Positions 24,421 through 32,872 of a stretch of DNA of 39,092 nt are shown here, one piece after another (within the stretch, counting starts at the first letter, position 1; each line of letters begins with the position of its first letter). The translations under genes and the position numbers were made by a program. Below the pieces are notes generated by a model, which saw only the letters and a list, made by a program, of their open reading frames with translations, was not told where the DNA came from and did no database searches. This stretch comes from a phage. The DNA lies in the sequence record PZ452614.1; one strand, written 5' to 3'.

Positions 24421-26933
24421 TGCCAGTCGTACCAACAGTATCCGGACGTCAGGTTGAGAGTCGTGGAGTTCAGTCAGCAGGCTTGCAGACGTTTTCTCAG
24501 CAAGGTATTGGTGATGCTTTTGTTCGGGCAGGGACAGAGGCAATTGATGTTTTGGGGCAGGCAAAACAGCGTGCCAATATCGCTCTGGCTCAGGAAGCAT
24601 CTCTTAACCTCAGTCAGATAAGCAGCGATCTGCTGAATAATCCTGAAACAGGATTGCTTAACCTGAAAGGGAAAAATGCTATTGGAAAAGGCCATGAGTA
24701 TACGCAGCAGTTTGATGCTCAGGTCGAACAACTGGCTATGTCGCTGCCGGATGAACAGGCTCGTAATGCTTTCATGCAGCAGGCGCAGCAGCAGCGCATT
24801 CAGTTCACTACGCAGGCCGGGCGACACGAGATAGGGCAAATTAATGCCTACGAAGAAGGCCAGTTTCAGGCGACACTGCTGAACAATGGTAAAAATGCCG
24901 CAGCATTGTATGGCGACAACGCCGCATACGTATTGGCTAACAAGCAAACTTTCCAGCAAATTGAGGAGTACGGTGTTGCACGTGGCTGGAGCAACGAGCA
25001 AATCCAGGCCAAGAAAATCGAGTTTAAAGAGAAGGTTGCTGATGCTGCATTGTCCCAGTGGTCGGCAAACAATGCGACCGCATTCATCCAAAGTAATGGC
25101 GAGTTAAGTGATACTGCTGCTGGAGCTCGCCGTGCTGTAGCAGATAGTGACTCTTCCGAGCGTGCCCGTGGCATACGCAACAATAACCCAGGAAATCTCG
25201 AATACAGCAAAACTAATCCGTGGGTAGGCCAGACCGGTGATGATGGTCGATTTGCTAAATTCGAAACACCTGAACACGGGATTCGTGCATTAGGGCGGAA
25301 CCTGATGTCGTATCAGAGGCAGGGTATTGATACCGTCAGCGAGATAATTAATCGCTGGGCACCGCCTGCTGATAAAAATGACACTATGTCGTATATCAAA
25401 GCAGTGTGCGAACAACTTGGCGTTTCTGCTGATGAGCCTCTCGATGCATCTAATCCTGATACCCTGAAGGCGCTTTGTGCAGCCATTATCCATCATGAGA
25501 ACGGTAGCCAGCCATACAGTGATCAGCAGTTAACTGCTGGTGTCAGTGCAGCACTTGGTTTATCAACAATTCCAACCAACACCAAACGCTATACCGGTAA
25601 TGCAGCATTCGATGCGGCATCTCCTGAGGCGCAGGCAAGTTTTATGCGACAGGCGGATCAACTGCGTCGGCAGCAGCAGGCTGAATATAAAACGATGATT
25701 GACAGCCAGGTTCGCGATGCGACAGCTGCGTATATGCGTGGCGTTGAATTTCCTAACCCACCTGGTGAGGCTGATTTTATTGCAGCTTATGGAGTAAGAG
25801 AAGGAAACCTGCGATATACCGAGTTCAGAAATACGCAAATCGCCGGACAGTATATAGGCTCTTTCCGCAACATGCCGACAAGCAGCATTACAGCATATGT
25901 TGAGCAATTACGCCCGGATACTGGTGAGACAGGGGAGGGTTATGCGGCACGAGCCGCTCTTTATGACAACGTTGTGTCGGCTGCAAGTCAGGTGATAAAG
26001 CAGCGACAGGCTGATCCTGTACAGTTCTCTCTTGCCGCCGGACAGGCAAAGCCTATCGACATGAGCAATAAGGATAACTTTGGACAGAGCGTTGCCTTGC
26101 GTGCTGCTCAGGTCAGTGACCTTGCTAAGTCATATGGCACTCCACTGACGTTCTTTTCCAAAGACGAGGCCAATCAGATCGGTGTTTTCTTTCGTGATGC
26201 GCCCGTTTCCCAACAGGCAGCATATCTCGATACCATCAGGCAGAGCACTGGTGGTGGGCAGGTGTATATGTCAGCACTACAGCAGATCAGTGCCAACGCT
26301 CCATCTGCTGCCGTTGCCGGGATACTGATGGATAAGCCAGGTGGTATTTTGGCAGAAAAAAACTGGTTTAATCCGGATGTTTCCGTGTCTCCAGAAACCG
26401 CTGCGCAGACAATTCTTGCTGGCGCGGCGGCTCGTAAAGGTACTGATGACGCGAAAGGTATTCCGATGCCTAAAGATGCTGATCTTCGCCTTGAGTTTTC
26501 TGACATGGTGAAGGATGCATTTGCTGGTGATGCTCAGGGGGCATCAATGGCATACGAGATCGCAAAGGACTATTACGCTGGTGTGATGGCGAAAAAAGGC
26601 GTGGTATCAGGCGAAATTGACAATGATATCTGGAAACAGGCTGTTAACGTAGCTACAGGTGGCGTGCATGACTATAACGGAATGGGGAATGTTCTTTTGC
26701 CGTGGGGAATGTCTGCAGAGCAATTCGATAAGCAGGTTAATCAGGCTTGGAATGAACAAGTTGTTGGCACAGGGATAAAAACACCGCCTGGTCAGTATGG
26801 TTTGCAAAGTTACGGCGATAGTCAGTACCTGGTGAAACTTGGTACTGGTTATCTGCTAAAAGATGATGGTTCTCCCGTTGTTCTTGATCTGACACAGAAG
26901 CGTCAGAGATTCTCCGGAGATATTCCGCAATGA
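24420..26933 (+). CDS. Internal virion / ejection protein (837 aa)
   Basis: ATG at 24420 after GGAGGA; large Ala/Gln-rich protein with a conserved-looking RGIRNNNPGN segment. Confidence 0.6.
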   Translation: MPVVPTVSGRQVESRGVQSAGLQTFSQQGIGDAFVRAGTEAIDVLGQAKQRANIALAQEASLNLSQISSDLLNNPETGLLNLKGKNAIGKGHEYTQQFDAQVEQLAMSLPDEQARNAFMQQAQQQRIQFTTQAGRHEIGQINAYEEGQFQATLLNNGKNAAALYGDNAAYVLANKQTFQQIEEYGVARGWSNEQIQAKKIEFKEKVADAALSQWSANNATAFIQSNGELSDTAAGARRAVADSDSSERARGIRNNNPGNLEYSKTNPWVGQTGDDGRFAKFETPEHGIRALGRNLMSYQRQGIDTVSEIINRWAPPADKNDTMSYIKAVCEQLGVSADEPLDASNPDTLKALCAAIIHHENGSQPYSDQQLTAGVSAALGLSTIPTNTKRYTGNAAFDAASPEAQASFMRQADQLRRQQQAEYKTMIDSQVRDATAAYMRGVEFPNPPGEADFIAAYGVREGNLRYTEFRNTQIAGQYIGSFRNMPTSSITAYVEQLRPDTGETGEGYAARAALYDNVVSAASQVIKQRQADPVQFSLAAGQAKPIDMSNKDNFGQSVALRAAQVSDLAKSYGTPLTFFSKDEANQIGVFFRDAPVSQQAAYLDTIRQSTGGGQVYMSALQQISANAPSAAVAGILMDKPGGILAEKNWFNPDVSVSPETAAQTILAGAAARKGTDDAKGIPMPKDADLRLEFSDMVKDAFAGDAQGASMAYEIAKDYYAGVMAKKGVVSGEIDNDIWKQAVNVATGGVHDYNGMGNVLLPWGMSAEQFDKQVNQAWNEQVVGTGIKTPPGQYGLQSYGDSQYLVKLGTGYLLKDDGSPVVLDLTQKRQRFSGDIPQ

Positions 26934-28732
26934 GTTACTTTGGCCTTAATCCAGTAAACCAGAATCAGCAGCTTGACGAAGCAGCATTAAATCCAGTTGG
27001 CTTTAACAGCGATGTTGGTTTTTTCGACAATGCTGTAGGAGCGGCATTGTCTGGTTTGTACTCCGGGCTGGTGGCAAAGCCAGATCAGTTGCTATGGGCA
27101 GGGATGGATAAAATCGTATCCCCGATTGCTCAGCTTGTTAACGAAAACACCTCGCTCAATGACACTTCAGTTTCATACATTGCTGAGCAGAGAAAACTAG
27201 CAGAGCAGCAGGTTAAGCGGCTGACGCCTGATGCCGCGACAACCGGAATCGCCGGGCAGGTCCTTTATGGGTTGTTCGATATGGGCGGGCAGGCTGTTGT
27301 CGGTACAACGCTCGGTGGTCCGGTCGGAGGTGCTGCGGCGGTAACTTCTCTACAGGGTTTTTCTGAGTTTGAACGGTTGACAGCACAGGGTGTTGATTTC
27401 AGGACGGCGCAGGAAGCGGGATTAGTGCAGGGTATTACTGCTGGTGCTGGAACACTGATCCCTATGAGCCTCGGGTTACGTGCTGGTGGTGCGCTGGCGG
27501 AAGGTGTGGCGGCTCAGCTTGCGCGGACGGGTGAAAGTTCAGTGCGACGCGCCGCAGCAACAGCAGTACGTGCAACGCCAGATATTGCCTATGCCGCAGG
27601 TACAAATATTGCGTTCGGTATGGCACAGCGTGGGCTTACTGCAAAAACGCTTCGTGATGGTGGCTATAGCGAAATGGCTAACCAGTATGATGTGTTGGAT
27701 CGACAGGCAATTGCTATTGATGCTGTTCTTGGGGTGGCGTTTGGTGGTGTCGGCAGATTTATTAACTCTCGAGGCGAGTCTACAAGCGCACCAAATTTTT
27801 CACCAGTTGATGTCGATGCTGCACTGGCGGCGAATGCCGCTCATCATGCTGAAATTGATATTGCTCCCGGCGTGCCGAGCAACGTGCTTTCGCGCAATTC
27901 TCACATTCAGGCTCTGCGAAAAGCTATGTCTGATGTTAGCCAGGGGAGACCTGTAGACGTTGCCAGCATTGTTGAGTCTGCATCTTTCAGTGAAATTCTA
28001 GGGCGCAAGAGTCTGCTGTCTCAGGCAGTTAATGAGGCTCTGTCATCTGTAGATGATGGAGTAACGGCGCGCGCTATAGAAAATCGGTTGCTTGAAGAAC
28101 AGGCCGCGCAGCTTTTGCCGCGTGGCGATAGACAGGTTTACCAGTCTGAAATCGCTAATAGCCAACGAATTATTGAAAATCTCACTGAACAGCGCGCACA
28201 AATTCTTGCAGAAGAGCCAACCGGTAGCGGTAAGGCTTTATCTCGTGCTCGATCAGATAAACAGGCCAGACTTCGCGATATTGACCAACGAATCCGGCAG
28301 GCACAAGAACGCCTGGAATTTTCTCGTAACGCGTTGGCACCGCATGAGCCTGGTGGTCAGTTTTTTGAAGCTCGAGCAGAACTGGCACGGCGACTGCAGG
28401 TAGAAAGTGAACTTAATGCTCAGGCTGTTTCATTCTATAAAACAGCAGATGTCAGGACGCCAGACGAAGTAGCTCCTTTTGAGCCTGATAAAATATTGCA
28501 ACAGGCAGAACAAAAAATGATGGCGGATCAGGCAGGAGATATTGATCTGCGCATAGCTGAAGACTCGCTGCTTGAATCACCTGACATGATAATTACCGTG
28601 CTGGATGATGATGGTAATCCACAATCGCGCAGCGCGCGTGAAGTACTGGATGAAGCGAACAGGGAAAGTGAGCAGGCAATACAGGATTCCAGCCTGTTTG
28701 ATGTCGCTGTGGCGTGTTTCTTGAGAGGTTAA
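26930..28732 (+). CDS. Internal virion / ejection protein (600 aa)
   Basis: ATGA coupling; Gly/Ala-rich N-terminal half and helical C-terminal half. Confidence 0.55.
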   Translation: MSYFGLNPVNQNQQLDEAALNPVGFNSDVGFFDNAVGAALSGLYSGLVAKPDQLLWAGMDKIVSPIAQLVNENTSLNDTSVSYIAEQRKLAEQQVKRLTPDAATTGIAGQVLYGLFDMGGQAVVGTTLGGPVGGAAAVTSLQGFSEFERLTAQGVDFRTAQEAGLVQGITAGAGTLIPMSLGLRAGGALAEGVAAQLARTGESSVRRAAATAVRATPDIAYAAGTNIAFGMAQRGLTAKTLRDGGYSEMANQYDVLDRQAIAIDAVLGVAFGGVGRFINSRGESTSAPNFSPVDVDAALAANAAHHAEIDIAPGVPSNVLSRNSHIQALRKAMSDVSQGRPVDVASIVESASFSEILGRKSLLSQAVNEALSSVDDGVTARAIENRLLEEQAAQLLPRGDRQVYQSEIANSQRIIENLTEQRAQILAEEPTGSGKALSRARSDKQARLRDIDQRIRQAQERLEFSRNALAPHEPGGQFFEARAELARRLQVESELNAQAVSFYKTADVRTPDEVAPFEPDKILQQAEQKMMADQAGDIDLRIAEDSLLESPDMIITVLDDDGNPQSRSAREVLDEANRESEQAIQDSSLFDVAVACFLRG

Positions 28733-28737
28733 ATTAA

Positions 28738-31212
28738 ATGAGACAGGAATGTATACAAGCGGTCCAGCAGGCGGCGCAGCGCACGTTAACAGCGCGAGAA
28801 ATACAGAACATTGAAGACCGCATTTATCGAAATATGCGCTCCATTGCTCGTGATGACCCGATGTCGTGGAGACAACTTTCCGAATCAGAGCGGCTATATC
28901 GTGCAGCACAATTGGCATCTGAAGAATTACAGCGAGAAGCGGCATTAAAGAAACGTCGTGTGGCCCTCACTATAGCCGCACGTCAGAGATTGGATAAATT
29001 TATCAATAGCTATCAAGGGGCTGATGGGAAACTTGGCGCTCTTAACCGTACTATTGCTTTTAATGCAGACGGTAAATCGAATTTCCTCTCTGTTGAGTCC
29101 AGAACAAAAGCCACTCGTGATTATGCATTGAGTCAATTGCAAGAGGCATTTGAAGCAGTTGATCCTCGCTTTTTTGGCCTGTTTGAAGATGAAGCTGGCG
29201 TGCGTGACCTGGTATATGAAATGCGAGGGCAAAATACTGGCAATGCTAAAGCAAGAAAAGGTGCTAAGGCGTGGAGAGAAGTGACAGATCTACTGCGCCG
29301 CCGGTTTAATGATGCTGGTGGGGACATTGGCTATCTCGAAAACTGGGGGATCCCTCAACATCATTCTATGGAAAAGGTTGGGGCGGTATCAAAGGATAAG
29401 TGGGTTAGCGATGTTATAGGTAAGCTGGATCGCAAATATTATATCCGAGCCGATGGACAACTGATGAACGATGCCGAGTTGTCTGCATTTCTTGGAGAGG
29501 CTTATAACACGATCGCTACTGGTGGGCTGAATAAGCTTACTGATACCGGAATGCGAATTTCCGGCGCACGTGCTAACCGTGGTAATGCATCACGACAGAT
29601 ACATTTCAAAGATGCAGATTCCTATCTGCAATATCAGCAACTTTATGGCGATCGCTCTCTATGGGAAATCATGGTCGGTCACTTGGAAGGTATCAGTAAA
29701 GATATTGCACTGGTGGAAACATATGGCCCAAACCCCGATCATGTTTTCCGCTCTCTTCTTGATCAGGTGAAGGCAGAAACGGCAACAGCTAACCCGAGTA
29801 AAACCGGTAAAGTCGAGCGGCTGGCGAACAACACAGAGAATCTGTACAACTTTATTTCCGGAAAGACACAGCCTGTAGCGAATCCGCACATCTCGCGATG
29901 GTCTGACAATATCCGCAACTGGCTGGTTGCCAGCAGACTCGGATCCGCGTTGCTGTCATCGTTCTCTGATCTTGGAACCATGTATCTGTCTGCGAAGGTT
30001 ACCAACCTTCCAATGAACCAGTTATTCCGCAACCAGCTTGAAGCTATGGACCCAACGAACCGTACAGAACTTGCGCGGGCGCGCCGCGCTGGTCTGGCGA
30101 TGGAATCTCTACTTGGCAGCGTTAACCGCTGGGCGATGGATAATATGGGGCCGTCAGTGTCTCGTTGGGCGGCAACGGCGGTAATGCGTGCCAGTGGGCT
30201 TACAGCATGGTCAGATGCGCACAAGCGCGCCTATGGCGTAACCATGATGGGAAGCCTGGGAGAAGTAGTGTCACGGACACCAGACCTTCGTAGCCTCGAT
30301 GATTCTGATTTTCGTATCCTGAAAAGCAAAGGGATTACTGACACAGACTGGAGCGTATGGAAGTTGGCGCAACAGGAGGACTGGGGGAACGGTAATAATA
30401 CGATGCTGACACCGGAAAGCATTATGCGTATCCCTGATTCAGCAGTTAAACATCTTGGTGAGCCTGAACGCGTGAAGTTTGAGGCAATGCGTAAACTGCT
30501 CGGTGCCGTAACTGAAGAAGTTGATATGGCTGTTATTACACCGGGAGCACGTGAGCAACTGATAACCGGTTCTGGTATTCAGCGTGGAACATGGAAAGGT
30601 GAATTAACGAGAAGTGTTTTCCTGTTTAAATCGTTCCCTATCTCGGTTGTTATGCGTCACTGGTCACGCGCTATGGGTATACCGTCTGCTGGTGGGCGTG
30701 CGGCATATATTGCGACGTTTATTGCCAGTACGACCATTCTTGGCGCTTTGTCGCAGCAACTTAACGACCTTGCGTCTGGTCGTAATCCTCGAGAGATGAC
30801 AGGAGGAGATGCCGCAAAATTCTGGCTTGGTGCTCTACTGAAAGGTGGTGGTCTTGGCCTTTACGGTGACTTTTTATTGTCAGATCACACTAGGTACGGA
30901 AGCGGCGCGCTGGCGTCGATGCTTGGCCCGGTAGCTGGTCTGGTTGATGACGTAGTGAAGATTGCTCAGGGCATACCGTTAAATGCTGTGGAAGGGAAGA
31001 ATGAGCAGACTGGTGGTGATCTGGTTAAGCTGGGGAAAGGTCTGATGCCAGGTGCGAATCTCTGGTACTTAAAGGCGGCTCTCGATCACATGATCTTTAA
31101 CCAGATGCAGGAGTATTTTTCACCAGGTTATTTGCGTAAAATGGAGCAACGTTCGAAGAAAGAGTTTAACCAGACATACTGGTGGCGACCACAGGATGTC
31201 ACTCCGCAATAA
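28738..31212 (+). CDS. Internal virion / ejection protein (824 aa)
   Basis: Size and position; Shine-Dalgarno GAGAGG. Confidence 0.55.
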   Translation: MRQECIQAVQQAAQRTLTAREIQNIEDRIYRNMRSIARDDPMSWRQLSESERLYRAAQLASEELQREAALKKRRVALTIAARQRLDKFINSYQGADGKLGALNRTIAFNADGKSNFLSVESRTKATRDYALSQLQEAFEAVDPRFFGLFEDEAGVRDLVYEMRGQNTGNAKARKGAKAWREVTDLLRRRFNDAGGDIGYLENWGIPQHHSMEKVGAVSKDKWVSDVIGKLDRKYYIRADGQLMNDAELSAFLGEAYNTIATGGLNKLTDTGMRISGARANRGNASRQIHFKDADSYLQYQQLYGDRSLWEIMVGHLEGISKDIALVETYGPNPDHVFRSLLDQVKAETATANPSKTGKVERLANNTENLYNFISGKTQPVANPHISRWSDNIRNWLVASRLGSALLSSFSDLGTMYLSAKVTNLPMNQLFRNQLEAMDPTNRTELARARRAGLAMESLLGSVNRWAMDNMGPSVSRWAATAVMRASGLTAWSDAHKRAYGVTMMGSLGEVVSRTPDLRSLDDSDFRILKSKGITDTDWSVWKLAQQEDWGNGNNTMLTPESIMRIPDSAVKHLGEPERVKFEAMRKLLGAVTEEVDMAVITPGAREQLITGSGIQRGTWKGELTRSVFLFKSFPISVVMRHWSRAMGIPSAGGRAAYIATFIASTTILGALSQQLNDLASGRNPREMTGGDAAKFWLGALLKGGGLGLYGDFLLSDHTRYGSGALASMLGPVAGLVDDVVKIAQGIPLNAVEGKNEQTGGDLVKLGKGLMPGANLWYLKAALDHMIFNQMQEYFSPGYLRKMEQRSKKEFNQTYWWRPQDVTPQ

Positions 31213-31221
31213 GGATGAGAA

Positions 31222-31362
31222 ATGATTGCTTTTATTCTTGTTGTGTTTGCGCTTGTTGCACTTGGCGTTATGAACCGTAAATGTATCATTGACTATGGCG
31301 AATTTGCTGTTGCAGTTATTTTGATATTATCTGGTGTAGCAGGGTACATAGGCTTGTCATAA
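31222..31362 (+). CDS. Small hydrophobic protein (46 aa, two predicted membrane helices)
   Basis: ATG after AAGGATGAGAA; followed by a palindrome and terminator; not in the supplied track. Confidence 0.4.
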   Translation: MIAFILVVFALVALGVMNRKCIIDYGEFAVAVILILSGVAGYIGLS

Positions 31363-31381
31363 CGTGAGCGTGACATGTCAC

Positions 31382-31406
31382 AGGCCGCTTTCGCGGCCTT
31401 GTTTTT
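31382..31406 (+). terminator. Rho-independent terminator ending the structural operon
   Basis: Stem aggccgc/gcggcct with loop tttc, then TGTTTTT. Confidence 0.65.
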
Positions 31407-31522
31407 AACGAATGCCGCCTCCGCCCGTCAGAAGAACCCTGCCTTGTCGTTGATGTACTCCGCGTGCGTCTGGATATCACGCAGGCATTTGCTCACACCG
31501 ACGATGTAGCAGAACATGGTGG

Positions 31523-32107
31523 TCAGCTCCGCCGCCGCGCCTGATACATCATGCCCGTCGTCCTGTTCATCAGCAGTGAGTGCTCCGTCAGGCCGAGAAC
31601 ACCAGACGGCGAATGAATCAGGCTACGGTAGCCGGGCTTCAGTGGGGCACTGTAGGTTTTGTTCTCTATCTTCATCGCCTGCATTACTGCTGACGCCGTG
31701 GCGTTGGCTACCTGGTCGGCAACCATCTTTATGCGTTCTTCCTGCGGGAGCGAGTTTTTAATGTAACTTCCGGTGCGGCGGATCTGAGGAAGAACCTCAC
31801 CTGTAACCCATTTACGAAAGCGGTAGGGGATAGTGCCTGGTGTCACCGCATCGCGGCAGCGGAGGATCAGTGTGTAGAGTCCTGACTCGGAGATGATGAT
31901 CGATTCTTGCTCACCGCCAGGGGTGTCGGTTGAAGCGACACCCTTCTCATCATCATCAAGTTTTCGAACAGCATCTCGATGGTTTGCTATGCCTATAGCC
32001 CGACAAACATCTGAAGCGATAAACCATGGCTCACCATTAATGACGATTACCCGTATATCGGCTTGGGATTCGAAAGAAAAAATGGACGTGCTTTTTGTAG
32101 CTGTCAT
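31523..32107 (-). CDS. Antirepressor with Bro-N domain
   Basis: …FSFESQADIRVIVINGEPWFIASDVCRAIGIANHRDAVRKLDDDEKGV… matches the Bro-N pattern; Shine-Dalgarno AAGGTAA. Confidence 0.8.
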   Translation of the reverse strand: MTATKSTSIFSFESQADIRVIVINGEPWFIASDVCRAIGIANHRDAVRKLDDDEKGVASTDTPGGEQESIIISESGLYTLILRCRDAVTPGTIPYRFRKWVTGEVLPQIRRTGSYIKNSLPQEERIKMVADQVANATASAVMQAMKIENKTYSAPLKPGYRSLIHSPSGVLGLTEHSLLMNRTTGMMYQARRRS

Positions 32108-32263
32108 AGTGGTTACCTTTTAGTCTGGTTAATCACCACTACCTACGCCAATCGGTTGGTGGTGAACTGTGCAGGGTTGGCGTAACCGGCTAAAAGGACC
32201 CGGCGCACCTTTCGGTGCCCCCACACAGCCCACCATAATACGAATGTGACCGTGCTATACGCA

Positions 32264-32284
32264 TAAAAAAACCGCTTGCGCGGT
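32264..32284 (-). terminator. Terminator-like hairpin inside the antirepressor operon spacer
   Basis: Stem accgc/gcggt with loop ttgc, followed on the minus strand by a 7-nt U-run. Confidence 0.45.
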
Positions 32285-32360
32285 GAATGCGCCTTTTAGT
32301 AACCCGGGACGCCAATCCCGGCACTGGATTTTGCCAGTGCCCGATTACTATGGCACAATA

Positions 32361-32401
32361 GGAGTGCTTATATTTACCTTTGCGGTAAATATAAGCACTC
32401 C
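32361..32401. repeat. 41-bp perfect palindrome (18-bp arms, 5-nt centre) with a TTACC-N5-GGTAA core
   Basis: GGAGTGCTTATATTTACC TTTGC GGTAAATATAAGCACTCC read directly. Confidence 0.9.
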
Positions 32402-32419
32402 ACTTGGTAATTGCAAACC

Positions 32420-32677
32420 TTATCTGGTTTGTTTTCGTAATTGTTCGGCACAATAGTCGAGATGTGTTTGCAGATCCCGCATGGACATCTGTGAGCTGGT
32501 GACGTAGTTAATCAGTGCAGTCAGTTCGGCAAGTGGGCCATCGACATTAAATCCATCCTTATCGAGATCCCGGAGTAATTTCATCAAGTGCGATCCCTCC
32601 ACCAGTGACCTGACGCCTCCCGGCGTGTGAATCCTTTCGGTAAATCCGTCTTCCAGTGGATAGTGATACTGCGGCAT
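32420..32677 (-). CDS. Hypothetical protein (85 aa), first gene of the LexA-box-controlled operon
   Basis: ATG at 32677 after GGAGAAG; LexA-like box 22 to 37 nt upstream. Confidence 0.55.
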   Translation of the reverse strand: MPQYHYPLEDGFTERIHTPGGVRSLVEGSHLMKLLRDLDKDGFNVDGPLAELTALINYVTSSQMSMRDLQTHLDYCAEQLRKQTR

Positions 32678-32696
32678 CTTATCTTCTCCATGCAAT

Positions 32697-32716
32697 AACT
32701 GTATAAATACACAGTA
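32697..32716. promoter_or_regulatory. Candidate LexA (SOS) box
   Basis: aaCTGTataaatacACAGta: CTGT-N8-ACAG, 17/20 match to the consensus TACTGTATATATATACAGTA. Confidence 0.7.
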
Positions 32717-32753
32717 GCAAATAATTTGTTTGCTATCCAGCACGTTTTGCGAA

Positions 32754-32820
32754 TCACCTGAAAGGTAATATCTGTTCGTATTTATGTGTTATCTATCCAT
32801 ATGTGGTTTTTCAGGTAATA
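32754..32820. promoter_or_regulatory. Divergent regulatory region: operator-like site and ATGTGGTT / GGTAATA motif before the tailspike
   Basis: TCACC-TGAAA-GGTAA 32754..32768; ATGTGGTT 32801..32808; GGTAATA 32814..32820. Confidence 0.5.
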
Positions 32821-32872
32821 GAATAACCGGATATGCGGCGCAACGGGTGCTGCGACTATCTGGAGATTTAAC

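Noticed and set aside
24474-25091. Long antisense ORFs inside structural genes (for example 24474..25091, 16586..17008, 19667..20146, 20694..21383, 37357..38028)
   Set aside because: They lie fully within well-supported plus-strand genes, lack ribosome-binding sites, and have low-complexity translations typical of antisense frames.
32190-32453. 87-aa minus-strand ORF in the antirepressor operon spacer
   Set aside because: Low-complexity basic translation, no ribosome-binding site, and it overlaps the palindrome and hairpins; the region is more plausibly structured RNA or DNA.
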